A stretch of DNA of 64,000 nt from an uncultured Thermoleophilaceae bacterium (GCA_964629855.1 CAZVRI010000003.1:24039-88038); one strand, 5' to 3'. Positions 18,666-27,540 are shown, numbered from the stretch's first letter. Notes: generated by a model from the letters alone, not told the origin. Made by a program: numbers and translations.

Positions 18666-19256
18666 CTAGAGGTGAGAGGCGAGGATGTCGTCGCCTTCGC
18701 CATCGACGTTGAGCTCGCCATCGATTTCAAAGCGAGGCACAATGCCGCCAGTTCCAGCGGGTGGGAACTGGTTTTGAACCGTAACATCGTTACAGTCAAT
18801 TCGAATTACGGTGCCGTTCGGCAAGACGATAACCACGCATTCGACGTCTCCACCCACCGGGGTCGAGCCGAGTGCCGTGCCGGTTAGGCAGAACGAGAGA
18901 TTGACCATCAACTCCCCTGGCGCGCTTTCTTCAATATTGCCGTGCCACCCGGCGTCATTGCAGTCATTGAGGCTGGTCCCGCAACTGCCTATAGATCCTG
19001 GTGTGGCGTTGAAGTCAACTCGTTCGACTTCCACATCGCCGTCTTCGGAAATATGGCCTTCCCAGTCGTTGTCGCAGCGCGATGCGACCTGGGTACCTAA
19101 GGGGGTGTGGGCGAGCAGGGTAAGTGTTTGGTCGCCAGTGATGAGTATGTGCTCACCATTTTCAATGTGAACTGGGTCTGTTGCGGAAGCGCTACCTACA
19201 GAAAGGGCTAGGCTCGCCATGATGCCCACGGCAACAATGAGTGATTTACGGATCAT
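18666..19256 (-). CDS. secreted six-cysteine protein, family copy C
   Basis: ATG preceded by AAGGAG. Signal MIRKSLIVAVGIMASLALSVGSASA. It has the same core as A and B, with a short insertion (VVIVLPNGTVIRID) before the last Cys. Confidence 0.85.
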   Translation of the reverse strand: MIRKSLIVAVGIMASLALSVGSASATDPVHIENGEHILITGDQTLTLLAHTPLGTQVASRCDNDWEGHISEDGDVEVERVDFNATPGSIGSCGTSLNDCNDAGWHGNIEESAPGELMVNLSFCLTGTALGSTPVGGDVECVVIVLPNGTVIRIDCNDVTVQNQFPPAGTGGIVPRFEIDGELNVDGEGDDILASHL

Positions 19257-19429
19257 CGGAGTGCTCCTTGGTGAGCCGGCGCTAGCCGGCTATCGCGGCG
19301 TCGGTTTACGGTGCCCGTATTCGACGCATAGAACGGTCGTGGCGCAGTGGCGCCTCTCGCCCCTGGCGGAACCCCTACGTACATAAGCCCTCCCCTTAGG
19401 TACGACGATGATTGCGCATGCATTGTAGG

Positions 19430-19974
19430 TGGCACATACATGTGCGCAAGGACAGATTGGGTCTGAAATGGGTGCCCAGCTAGCCCCGTCAACTTCGAAC
19501 CTTGGAACGACGCCCCCGGTCCCTGCTGGCGGGAACTGTTGGCGACGGTCACCTCGTTGCAATGCGTTTCCATGGCGGTGGCATTACACGAGAGGTCCCC
19601 ACCAACGGGTGTCGCACCCGGTGCGGTTCCGGTGAGGCAGAACGACACCGTGTTGGTGATCTGACCGACGCCGGTTTCTTCGATGATGCCGTGCCCGCCG
19701 GCGTCGTTGCAGTGGCTCAGGGTGTCGCAGCTACTAGCGCTTTGGGGTCCAGAGCTGAACGCGATGTTTTCACGGCCCCACCGCCGTTTTCGGAAATATG
19801 GCCTTCGCCAACGAAGCCGCAGCACGCGCTGGCCTTGCTCCCCATTGGCGTATGGGCGATGAGGAGCATGGTATTGGTCCCTGACCCAGTGAACTCACCG
19901 TGCTTACCATTTTCCACATGAACAGGGCTGTCTGCTGCGGCGCTGGTCGCCAGGCCGGCGACATGCGATGAGCG
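19430..19974 (-). pseudogene. decayed fourth copy of the six-cysteine family
   Basis: Family sequence is spread over three minus frames: VENGKHGEFTGSGTNTMLLIAHTPMGSKA..GEGHISENGGG, then CDTLSHCNDAGGHGIIEETGVGQI..SFCLTGTAPGATPVGGDLSC, then QFPPAGTGGVVPRFEVDG. An in-frame TAG at 19977..19975 removes the signal peptide and start codon. Confidence 0.75.
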
Positions 19975-20171
19975 CTAATACGACTGGCGTCGATAACTGA
20001 CGGAACAGTATAAAACTCCCTATAAAGGTCGGCGGCTGCCGGCGGATTGCCGCCGGAGGTAGTGGCTGCTAGCAGTGGCGCGTGTGTCGTGTCGCGCTCG
20101 CGCGTCGACTGTCGCCGCGGGCGACTTGCTAGATACCAATGAGCCCTCCACTCAGGTATCGCTGGCCGCGC

Positions 20172-21488
20172 TCAGCGCAGCGTCGTCTCAACCAGCTGAT
20201 GATAGAACCGCGCGGCCAGGGCGAGGTCGTCAACCGGAATGCGCTCGTTGGCGCCGTGGACGAGTGGCATTGCCTCGAAGAGGTCCATCTTGCGCTGGGG
20301 GAAGAAGCCGTAGGCGAGACAGTCTGGAAATGCGGCGCGGAACCAGTGAGAGTCGCTGAAGCCGGCGAGTGCGGTCGCTGTGATGGTGGCGCCGGGATCC
20401 TCCTGTGCGACGAACGAGCTGATGGTCTCCATCAGTGACGTGTCGATCGGCGAGCGGTTACCGGTGACGGTCTCGTCGAACGCGACCGTGTAGTCACCAG
20501 CGGGAAGAACCTCCTGAAGTCGCGTGCGGACGTGGTCCTCACCGAGCCCGGGCGGGACACGGCAGTCGACGCGGATCGTCGCCTCGGAGGGGATTACGTT
20601 GATCTTCTCTGAGGCCGCTGCCATCGTCGGCGCGAAGGTGACGCCGAGCAGTGGCTCGAGCAGGACCGCAATCCGCGGATCGATCGCCTCAACCTGCGCC
20701 AGCGCGGAGTCGAGATCGTCGAGCGGTATGCCGAGCGCGGTCAGGAAGGCGTCAGGCTCGGGCGAGTGCTCGGGCACCACACGCCCGTCGCCGAGCGCCG
20801 CCAGCAGCGGTGCGAGCTTCGTCAGCGCGTTGTCGCCGATCCGTGGCAGCGATGCGTGGCCAGCGCGGCCGTGGGCCGTCAGCGAGAAGCGGAAGACGCC
20901 CTTCTCGGCGACGCAGACTGGATAGATCCGCCGCCCATCGTGCTCGAACGAGACCCCTGCTCCCTCGTTGACGATCAGGTCGGCGCGCACCTTGTCGGCG
21001 TGCTCGGAGCAGAGCCACTGCGCGCCGTAGTGCGCGCCCGTCTCCTCGTCGGCGGTGATCACCAGCTTCAGCTCGCCGGCCTCCGGACGCCAGCCGGCTT
21101 CAGCCAGCGCACACGCGGCCGCCACCTCGGCCGCGACCTGGCTCTTCATGTCGAGGGCGCCGCGGCCCCAGATGCAGCCGTCGTCGCGCAGCTCGCCGGA
21201 CCATGGTGAGACCTCCCACTCCGCCGGGTTGGCCAGCACCGTGTCGACATGGCCGAGTAGTGCGAGGGTCGGCCCGTCGGCTCCCGACGGCGCGCCCAGC
21301 CGCGCGACCAGGTTGGGACGTCCGGGCACGGCCGCCAGCAACTCCACCTCGAAGCCCACTCCCTCAAGCAGCCCGCGCAGGTACTGCTGGCACTCCTCCT
21401 CGTTGCCCGGCGGATTGACCGTGTCGAACTGGATCAGCCGCTGCAGCAGCTGCGTCGCCCGCGCCTCCAGCTCCCCCGATTTCGCCAC
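20172..21488 (-). CDS. M20-family metallopeptidase (ArgE/DapE/CPG2-like dipeptidase)
   Basis: The pattern TVNPPGNEE...LLGHVDTV...WGRGALDMKSQVA...ITADEETG... is typical of M20 metal-binding and catalytic regions. Confidence 0.85.
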   Translation of the reverse strand: MAKSGELEARATQLLQRLIQFDTVNPPGNEEECQQYLRGLLEGVGFEVELLAAVPGRPNLVARLGAPSGADGPTLALLGHVDTVLANPAEWEVSPWSGELRDDGCIWGRGALDMKSQVAAEVAAACALAEAGWRPEAGELKLVITADEETGAHYGAQWLCSEHADKVRADLIVNEGAGVSFEHDGRRIYPVCVAEKGVFRFSLTAHGRAGHASLPRIGDNALTKLAPLLAALGDGRVVPEHSPEPDAFLTALGIPLDDLDSALAQVEAIDPRIAVLLEPLLGVTFAPTMAAASEKINVIPSEATIRVDCRVPPGLGEDHVRTRLQEVLPAGDYTVAFDETVTGNRSPIDTSLMETISSFVAQEDPGATITATALAGFSDSHWFRAAFPDCLAYGFFPQRKMDLFEAMPLVHGANERIPVDDLALAARFYHQLVETTLR

Positions 21489-21511
21489 CGGGCGAGTATA
21501 TGTCGGGGTCG

Positions 21512-22795
21512 TTAGCCGGCCGGGAACATCTTGCGGCTCTTGAAGAGCCAGCGCAGGTTGCCGCGGGGGCGGAAGCGGCCGCGCAGCATCAGCTTGCGCG
21601 GGTCGCGGCGGCCGGCGAAGATGTCAACGAAGTCCTCGAACGCGACCTGGAAGCGGACGGTGGGGTTGTCGACAGGGCCGCGGGCCGCGCGCGTCGAGCC
21701 GTTGGCCACGATCACGTGCCAGGGCTCGAGGTCGAAGAAGTCCCACTGGATCGACCCGGGGGCGCGGGCGGCGTCGGAATCCAGACCGTTGGCGACCGAC
21801 TCGAACAGGATCTGGACGTGCTCGGGGTCGCGGGAGGGCGGTCCCGTCTTCTCGCCGAGGTAGCCGGCCTTGGAGAGCGCCTTGCCGCGGACGGCGCGCT
21901 CGCGCGGGCTGCCCTCGAGCGGCATCACGGGCGGTCCCGGCAGCTCGTCGAGCGGCATGCCGGCGCTGCGCAGCTTCGTCTCCAGCGACAGGGCGCCCTG
22001 CTCGCCGAGGTCCTCCATGGTGAAGCCGAACGTCTCGATGTAGCGCTCGTCCCAACCGGGCGGGACGAGCACGTTGATCGTCCACGGCATGACCTCGCGC
22101 AGCAGGTCGGCTACGGCGTGGGGCACCTCGGGGTCCATCTTGCGCAGGTCGTTGAGCAACTTGACGCCGAAGCCGATGTGGCGCTGCTCGTCGGCCGCGA
22201 CGTTCTCCATTCCCGCGCGGAAGCCCGGCAGGATGTCGCGATCCTCGAGATAGCTGGTGATGAAGTGCTGGCCGGGTTGGGCAAGCGTCGCCTCGATAAC
22301 CACGTGGTAGAGCGCGACGCCGGCGGCGAGCTGCGGGATCGACGGGTCGCGGCGCAGCTCGTCGCACATCTTCTCGAGCCGGGCGAAGACCTTCTTGAAC
22401 CCCCAGCTGAGCTGTGGCTCGATGATCGCCAGGCTGTCGCCGACCGAGTTGCCGCCAATCCCGACGACCTCCGTCATGAAACGGTTGAAGAAGACCGCGT
22501 GGCGCGCCTCGTCGACCTGCTGGGTGGTGAGGAAGTACTTCTGCTCCTCGAGCGGGGCCGCGTCGACATAGGGGGAGAGCCCGTCGGCGACCGCGTCCTC
22601 GCCCCAGAAGAAGAGCGAGTAGTTCCATAGCGCCGCCTTGCGCTCGAAGTCGGTAAACGCGCTTTGCCACTGGGCGGCGTCCTGGGTGAAGTCGAGCTCG
22701 GTCGCCTTCCAGTTGCCGTTCTCCCAGCGCCTGTAGAGGTCGGCGTAGGTGATGTTGTCGAGCGGGTTCGGAGTGGTTGGCAGCGGGACGGTCAT
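21512..22795 (-). CDS. ferritin-like di-iron (RNR-R2-like) protein with C-terminal SCP2-like domain
   Basis: Two ExxH motifs (VDEARHAVFF; ADEQRHIGFGV) plus extra Glu ligands lie in helical segments. The C-terminal ~110 aa (...FEDFVDIFAGRRDPRKLMLRGRFRPRGNLRWLFKSRKMF) look like an SCP2 sterol-carrier fold. Confidence 0.75.
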   Translation of the reverse strand: MTVPLPTTPNPLDNITYADLYRRWENGNWKATELDFTQDAAQWQSAFTDFERKAALWNYSLFFWGEDAVADGLSPYVDAAPLEEQKYFLTTQQVDEARHAVFFNRFMTEVVGIGGNSVGDSLAIIEPQLSWGFKKVFARLEKMCDELRRDPSIPQLAAGVALYHVVIEATLAQPGQHFITSYLEDRDILPGFRAGMENVAADEQRHIGFGVKLLNDLRKMDPEVPHAVADLLREVMPWTINVLVPPGWDERYIETFGFTMEDLGEQGALSLETKLRSAGMPLDELPGPPVMPLEGSPRERAVRGKALSKAGYLGEKTGPPSRDPEHVQILFESVANGLDSDAARAPGSIQWDFFDLEPWHVIVANGSTRAARGPVDNPTVRFQVAFEDFVDIFAGRRDPRKLMLRGRFRPRGNLRWLFKSRKMFPAG

Positions 22796-22870
22796 TGGGA
22801 CGAATGTAGCTCAGACCGGATCGGTCCTGAAGACGAGACCGTCTCCAAACGGCCGCTATGGTCGCCCGCC

Positions 22871-24181
22871 ATGACTGCGACGCCATGGGGCGAAGCTGAG
22901 TCCCTGCGCTCGCGGAAGTTGCAACCGGGTCCGGGCAGGGATCCGGAGGCGGTGGATCGCAACCAACGCGAGCGGCTGCTCGGTGCGACTGTGGCGGTGG
23001 TCGCCGAGCGGGGCTACGAAGCAGCCCGCGTCGAGGACATCCTCGTCGTGGCGGGCGTCTCGCGCAACGCCTTCTACAGGCACTTCTCGAACAAGCGCGA
23101 CTGCTTCATTGCGACCCTAGAGGGGATCACGGAGTTCGCGACACCTTCCACGGTCGGCGTCTTCGAGCAGACGCCCGGTCCGTGGGATCGCAAGCTGGCG
23201 GCGATGCTCGACACTCTCGCGGACATGCTCGTCGCGCAGCCCGCGATGGCTCGGGTCGCCTGGGTCGAGGTCCACGGCGCGGGGGCCGAGGCGGTGGACG
23301 TCGTCGAGCGCTTTGATCGCTCGATCGAGGACATCGTCTGCCGCGCGCTCGAGGACTCGCCGGAGCGCGCCGGCTTACCGCGCGAGATTGTGGGGGCCGT
23401 CGTGGGCGGCTTTCGCAAGATCGTCCACACACGGGTGCGCGAGGACCGGATCGAGGAGCTCCCGGCGCTGATGCCCGAGCTGTTCGAGTGGATGCTGAGC
23501 TACGAGACGCCGCCTGAGCGCCTGCGGCGGCCGCGTCGTGTGCCGCCCGAGTTTGTGGCACCCCGTCCAGAGCCGCGAGATGCGCGTGAGCGCATTCTCG
23601 TGGCGATGACCGAGCTGGTCGCCGAGAACGGCTACCCGGACGTGGCGATCACCGAGATCGCCGCGCGCGCCGCGGTATCGCTCACCACCTTCTACGCCCA
23701 CTTCGACGGCAAGGAAGCTGCACTGCTCGCAACCCTGGCGGACATCCAGCAGCGCGTGTTCGGCGCGACCGCGACGCACTTCGCCGCAGGGTCCGACTGG
23801 CCGAGCGCGGTCAGCGCCAGCGGGCGCGCGTTCATCGGGTTTCTCGCGACCGACCCGGCTCTGGCGCACTTCGGCGGCGTGGAGGTCTGGGCGGCCAGTC
23901 CTGCGGGGCTTGACCTCCGTGCCCAGGGAATGGTTCTCTTTCACGCTCTGTTGGAGGACGGCTTCCGCCAATACCCCGAAACCAATCGTGTCGCTGCCGA
24001 GGCGATTGGGGCGACCGTGGATGCCCTGCTCTTCACCTGGTTGCGCCACAAGGGCGCCGAGCGGCTCTACGAGATCGCCCCCACCGGGGCCTTCATCGGG
24101 TTGGCGCCGTTCCTCGGCACGAAGCGGGCTTGCGAGGTCGCGAACGCCGATCCGGCCACCATTGGTCAGACCACTTTGTAA
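22871..24181 (+). CDS. duplicated (two-module) TetR-family regulator
   Basis: I use the ATG at 22871, because the upstream ORF extension overlaps the divergent gene. It has two HTH modules: RERLLGATVAVVAERGYEAARVEDILVVAGVSRNAFYRHFSNKRDCF and RERILVAMTELVAENGYPDVAITEIAARAAVSLTTFYAHFDGKEAAL. Confidence 0.85.
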   Translation: MTATPWGEAESLRSRKLQPGPGRDPEAVDRNQRERLLGATVAVVAERGYEAARVEDILVVAGVSRNAFYRHFSNKRDCFIATLEGITEFATPSTVGVFEQTPGPWDRKLAAMLDTLADMLVAQPAMARVAWVEVHGAGAEAVDVVERFDRSIEDIVCRALEDSPERAGLPREIVGAVVGGFRKIVHTRVREDRIEELPALMPELFEWMLSYETPPERLRRPRRVPPEFVAPRPEPRDARERILVAMTELVAENGYPDVAITEIAARAAVSLTTFYAHFDGKEAALLATLADIQQRVFGATATHFAAGSDWPSAVSASGRAFIGFLATDPALAHFGGVEVWAASPAGLDLRAQGMVLFHALLEDGFRQYPETNRVAAEAIGATVDALLFTWLRHKGAERLYEIAPTGAFIGLAPFLGTKRACEVANADPATIGQTTL

Positions 24182-24207
24182 CGGTTGACACGAATGGTCT
24201 CGCCCTG

Positions 24208-24729
24208 TTACGCTCGACGCGTCTCGGAGGTGTCGGAGGGTTCCGCCCCCGGGACCGCAGTTGGAGGGGTGGGGCCGCGCGGGAGGGGCGCGGCCCCATT
24301 GCGTTCGGTATTTGCGAAGGGCGCTATCGCGACAAGCGCGGCGTCGGGAGCAGCGGCCGGGAGGTCGCTCAGGCGCTGCTCGACCGCATGGCCGCGGACC
24401 AGCTCGTAGATGCCGCCAGCAATCGCCTCGGCGACCACCGGCGGCGGGGGAGTCGCGGCGGCGGCGAAGCCGGGGCGCAGTAGCTCGGCGAAGCGGTCGA
24501 GGATCCGGTCGCGCCGCTCCAGAGCGTCCGGGCCTACGGCCTGGTCGGCGACCAGGCAGGCGCTGGTCTGTGTGGGCCGGCTGGCGAGGAAGGCGAATAG
24601 GCCGCCAATCGCGGCCTGGACCGCCTGCTCCCAGCTCCCCGGCTCGCGGGCGTAGGCGGCGGTCGTCGCCGCGACTGCCTCGTCGACGAACGAGTGACCG
24701 GGCGGCGCGACGTCCCCCTCAGGCGTCAC
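24208..24729 (-). CDS. TetR C-terminal (ligand-domain) paralog without HTH
   Basis: Its GTG at 24729 overlaps the TGA of the upstream TetR (GTGA). The 173 aa resemble the C-domains of the neighbouring TetRs (W..AV.AAIGGLFAFLASRP....CLV...AVGPDALERRDRIL..F..LL). No HTH segment is present. Confidence 0.6.
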   Translation of the reverse strand: MTPEGDVAPPGHSFVDEAVAATTAAYAREPGSWEQAVQAAIGGLFAFLASRPTQTSACLVADQAVGPDALERRDRILDRFAELLRPGFAAAATPPPPVVAEAIAGGIYELVRGHAVEQRLSDLPAAAPDAALVAIAPFANTERNGAAPLPRGPTPPTAVPGAEPSDTSETRRA

Positions 24730-25412
24730 GTGCGTGGCGCGCCGCGGCTCAGCTCTCGCTGTGCCGCATCCATGCCGAGGAACGGCAGCACCATCGCGCA
24801 CATCACCTCGGGCACGAGGGCCGGCAACTGCTCCGTGCGGCCGGCGGCGATCTCGCGGCGCAGCGTCTCGCCGAACTCGCCGACGCGGCCGGCGCGCAGA
24901 GTCTCGCCGAGTGGACCGTCGGGCACGCCCGGCGCGTCGAACAGCTCGGCAAAGGCCGTGATGGCTTGCTCGCGTCGCTGCTGTGTCGCGCCACCGGCGG
25001 CGATCACCTCGCTGAAGCACAGCCGCGCGGTGTCGGGCTCGCGCGCCAAAGTGCCGAGCAGCTCGGTCAGCGCCGCGCGCAGCCGGTCGACCCACTCGGT
25101 CTGGCTGTCGAAGGCACGGAAGGTGGCGGTCAGCAGCCGGTCGACCAGGGCGCCGTAGGTGGCGCAGAAGCAGTCGTCCTTGCCGCCGAACAGCTCGTAG
25201 AAGGTCTTCCGCGAGACGCCGGCCCGGAAGACGACGTCGGCCACGCGGACACCGTGGTAGCCGTGCTCGCCGACGGTCTCGGTCATCGCGCGCACGATCC
25301 GCTCGCGCTGCGAGGCCCGGACCTCCTCGGCCGACAGTCCGTGCCGGCCTCCGGTTAGCTGGTCAGGACGCCGGCCACGGCGCGAAGCGGCGGTCGGCGC
25401 GCTAACGGCCAT
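24726..25412 (-). CDS. TetR-family regulator
   Basis: HTH QRERIVRAMTETVGEHGYHGVRVADVVFRAGVSRKTFYELFGGKDDCF. Its start overlaps the upstream TetR by 11 nt. Confidence 0.85.
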   Translation of the reverse strand: MAVSAPTAASRRGRRPDQLTGGRHGLSAEEVRASQRERIVRAMTETVGEHGYHGVRVADVVFRAGVSRKTFYELFGGKDDCFCATYGALVDRLLTATFRAFDSQTEWVDRLRAALTELLGTLAREPDTARLCFSEVIAAGGATQQRREQAITAFAELFDAPGVPDGPLGETLRAGRVGEFGETLRREIAAGRTEQLPALVPEVMCAMVLPFLGMDAAQRELSRGAPRT

Positions 25413-26040
25413 GGACGGCCTCGGGCGGTGCGAGATGCGAGGCCACTACATCCTCGGCCAGATCGGGGAGTCCGCTGACCTTGCCGCGGCAGAGCGCGTC
25501 GTAGACCATCTCGTGAACACCGCCGGTGAGGACGCGCGCGCGCAGTAGCGCCTCATCGCGGCTCTCGCAGCGCTCCTCGAGCGCGTCGGCTGCCAGCCCG
25601 GTCAGGTGCTCCATCGTCTTGGCGCGGCGCTGACGTGCCTTGTCTCCGGCGGCCATCGCCTCGACGACGCACATCCGCGCGACCTGTGGCTCGCGCTCTG
25701 CGAACTCCAGCAGCGCGCGCAGGCCGTTCTCAATCCGCACCTCTGGCGTTCCGCCAAGCCGGCAGGCGCGCTGCACGATCACCAGGATGTGGTCGGCGGC
25801 CTCCTGGTAGGCGGCGAGGAAGCAGTCCTCCTTGTCGGTGAAGATCTCGTAGAAGGTGCGGCGCGAGATTCCGGCGCGCTTGAGGATCTTGTGAACCGTG
25901 GTGTCGAGGTAGCCCTCCTCCGCGATCACCTCTGCGAGGGCGTCGAGCAACCTGCCGCGTTGGACCTCGTGGACGACCGCCCGCGGTATCCCGTGGGGTC
26001 CCCCTGTCAGCTTGATACTGGGCCTCTTGCGAGTCTCCAT
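25402..26040 (-). CDS. TetR-family regulator
   Basis: HTH QRGRLLDALAEVIAEEGYLDTTVHKILKRAGISRRTFYEIFTDKEDCF. Confidence 0.85.
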   Translation of the reverse strand: METRKRPSIKLTGGPHGIPRAVVHEVQRGRLLDALAEVIAEEGYLDTTVHKILKRAGISRRTFYEIFTDKEDCFLAAYQEAADHILVIVQRACRLGGTPEVRIENGLRALLEFAEREPQVARMCVVEAMAAGDKARQRRAKTMEHLTGLAADALEERCESRDEALLRARVLTGGVHEMVYDALCRGKVSGLPDLAEDVVASHLAPPEAVHGR

Positions 26041-26063
26041 CGGGCCGCTTCGCCTCTCCGCAC

Positions 26064-26081
26064 GATGTTAGAAACAACATC
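26064..26081. promoter_or_regulatory. AT-rich inverted repeat, candidate TetR operator
   Basis: GATGTT-AGAAAC-AACATC lies 24-41 nt upstream of the ATG of 25402..26040, in a locally AT-rich patch of a high-GC genome. Confidence 0.35.
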
Positions 26082-26158
26082 TTACAGGATAGGAACACGG
26101 CGATACTGAAAATTGGCTGGCGGGCCAACCGGCGTTTGGCGCGACGCGCGCTGGACGG

Positions 26159-27436
26159 CTAGGCGTTGGCAGCGGCGGAGGCCGCTGCGGCACCGACGAA
26201 CGGTGCGAGCTGGACGTACGCCGCCGTGGGCGTCAGCTCGCGCAGCTGACCGAGTCGCTCCTGGCGGACCTGTCCGTAGACAAGTGCGTAGACCGCATTG
26301 CCCACGGCCTCGGTGGTGAGCGGCGACTTGTCGGAAGCCAGCTCGAGCCCGGGCGCGAGGAACTCACGAAACGCCTGGATCGACTTGTCGCCAGCCTCGA
26401 GTGCGTTGGGGCCGGCCGTGAAGACATCAACGGCAGCGACGTTCGCGCCGGCCGGGTCGGACGCAAGGAAGCCGAAGAGCGCGTCGAGGCCAGCGCGCAG
26501 CGCCGCGGGCCAGTCGGACTCGGTCTCGTAGGCCGCGCGGAACGCGACCAACGCGAGCTCGCGCTCGCGGTCGAGCGCCCCGAGGAGCGCCTCCTCCTTG
26601 TTCTCGAAGTTGCCGTAGAACGTGCTCAGCGAGGCTGAGGCACGTTCGGCGATCTCGACGATCGTTGTGTCGGGGTAGCCACGCGCAGCAATCGTCTCGG
26701 TGATCGCGGTAACCAATCGCTCACGGGCGACCGTGGGGTCGGGGATTGGCGCGGCGCCTCGATCGGCTTTGCGACGCGGCCGGCGCAACTTCGCCGGCGG
26801 TGGGCGGTAGCTCAGGGCCCAGTCAACCAGCTGCGGCAGCTCATGGATCAGCTCCGCCTCCTCGCCGCGCCTTAGCCGCGTGTGGACGGTCTTGAGGACC
26901 CCGCCCACGATCGCGCGCACGATGTCGCGCGGCATGCCCTTACGCTCCGCCGACTCCTCGAAGGCGTCGGCCAGTGCCTGTTCGGCGACGAAGACCGCCT
27001 CGTCGAGTCGTTGCACGGCCTGAGGGCCGGCGGCGTAGACCTCGACCAGACAGAGGCGTGCCGCGGCCGGCTGCTCGAGCAGCAGGTCCAGGAACGCGTC
27101 CGCGACGGCGCGCAGGCGCTCCTCCCACGGCTGGGTGGTGTCGTACGCCTCGGCCAACTGCTTGGTCGCGAGCGCGGCGACCTCGTCGAGCGTGGCCAGG
27201 AAGCAGTCGAGCTTGTCCTCGAAGTGCTTGTAGAAGGCACTGCGTGAAACCCCCGACAACTTGACCACGTCGGCGACGCGCGTCGCCTCGTAGCTGTTCT
27301 CGCTGACGGCCGCCACCATCGCGGCGTACATACGCTCACGTTGGTTGCGGGTCACCGCTACAGGGTCTGCTCCCGGGCCGGGTCGCAGACGTCGCGCACG
27401 CAGTTGGGTCGCATCGCCCCAGGGCGTCGAGGTCAT
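26159..27436 (-). CDS. duplicated (two-module) TetR-family regulator, paralog of 22871..24181
   Basis: The N-terminus MTSTPWGDATQLRARRLRPGPGADPVAVTRNQRERM parallels MTATPWGEAESLRSRKLQPGPGRDPEAVDRNQRERL. The second HTH is RERLVTAITETIAARGYPDTTIVEIAERASASLSTFYGNFENKEEAL. Confidence 0.85.
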   Translation of the reverse strand: MTSTPWGDATQLRARRLRPGPGADPVAVTRNQRERMYAAMVAAVSENSYEATRVADVVKLSGVSRSAFYKHFEDKLDCFLATLDEVAALATKQLAEAYDTTQPWEERLRAVADAFLDLLLEQPAAARLCLVEVYAAGPQAVQRLDEAVFVAEQALADAFEESAERKGMPRDIVRAIVGGVLKTVHTRLRRGEEAELIHELPQLVDWALSYRPPPAKLRRPRRKADRGAAPIPDPTVARERLVTAITETIAARGYPDTTIVEIAERASASLSTFYGNFENKEEALLGALDRERELALVAFRAAYETESDWPAALRAGLDALFGFLASDPAGANVAAVDVFTAGPNALEAGDKSIQAFREFLAPGLELASDKSPLTTEAVGNAVYALVYGQVRQERLGQLRELTPTAAYVQLAPFVGAAAASAAANA

Positions 27437-27540
27437 CGCGCGAGGACTCTAGTGGTCTGACCGGTTTGCTTCAGGAGCCAGGTTTCAAGTACGACCGCGT
27501 TCTCAAATTGGGCACTTTGGAAGGCCCTCTTCGGGGCATC

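Noticed and set aside
19411-19450. A 7-bp inverted repeat TTGCGCA...TGCGCAA at the decayed end of the pseudogene.
   Set aside because: It is short and has a 24-nt spacer. Such repeats are expected by chance, and nothing supports a function.
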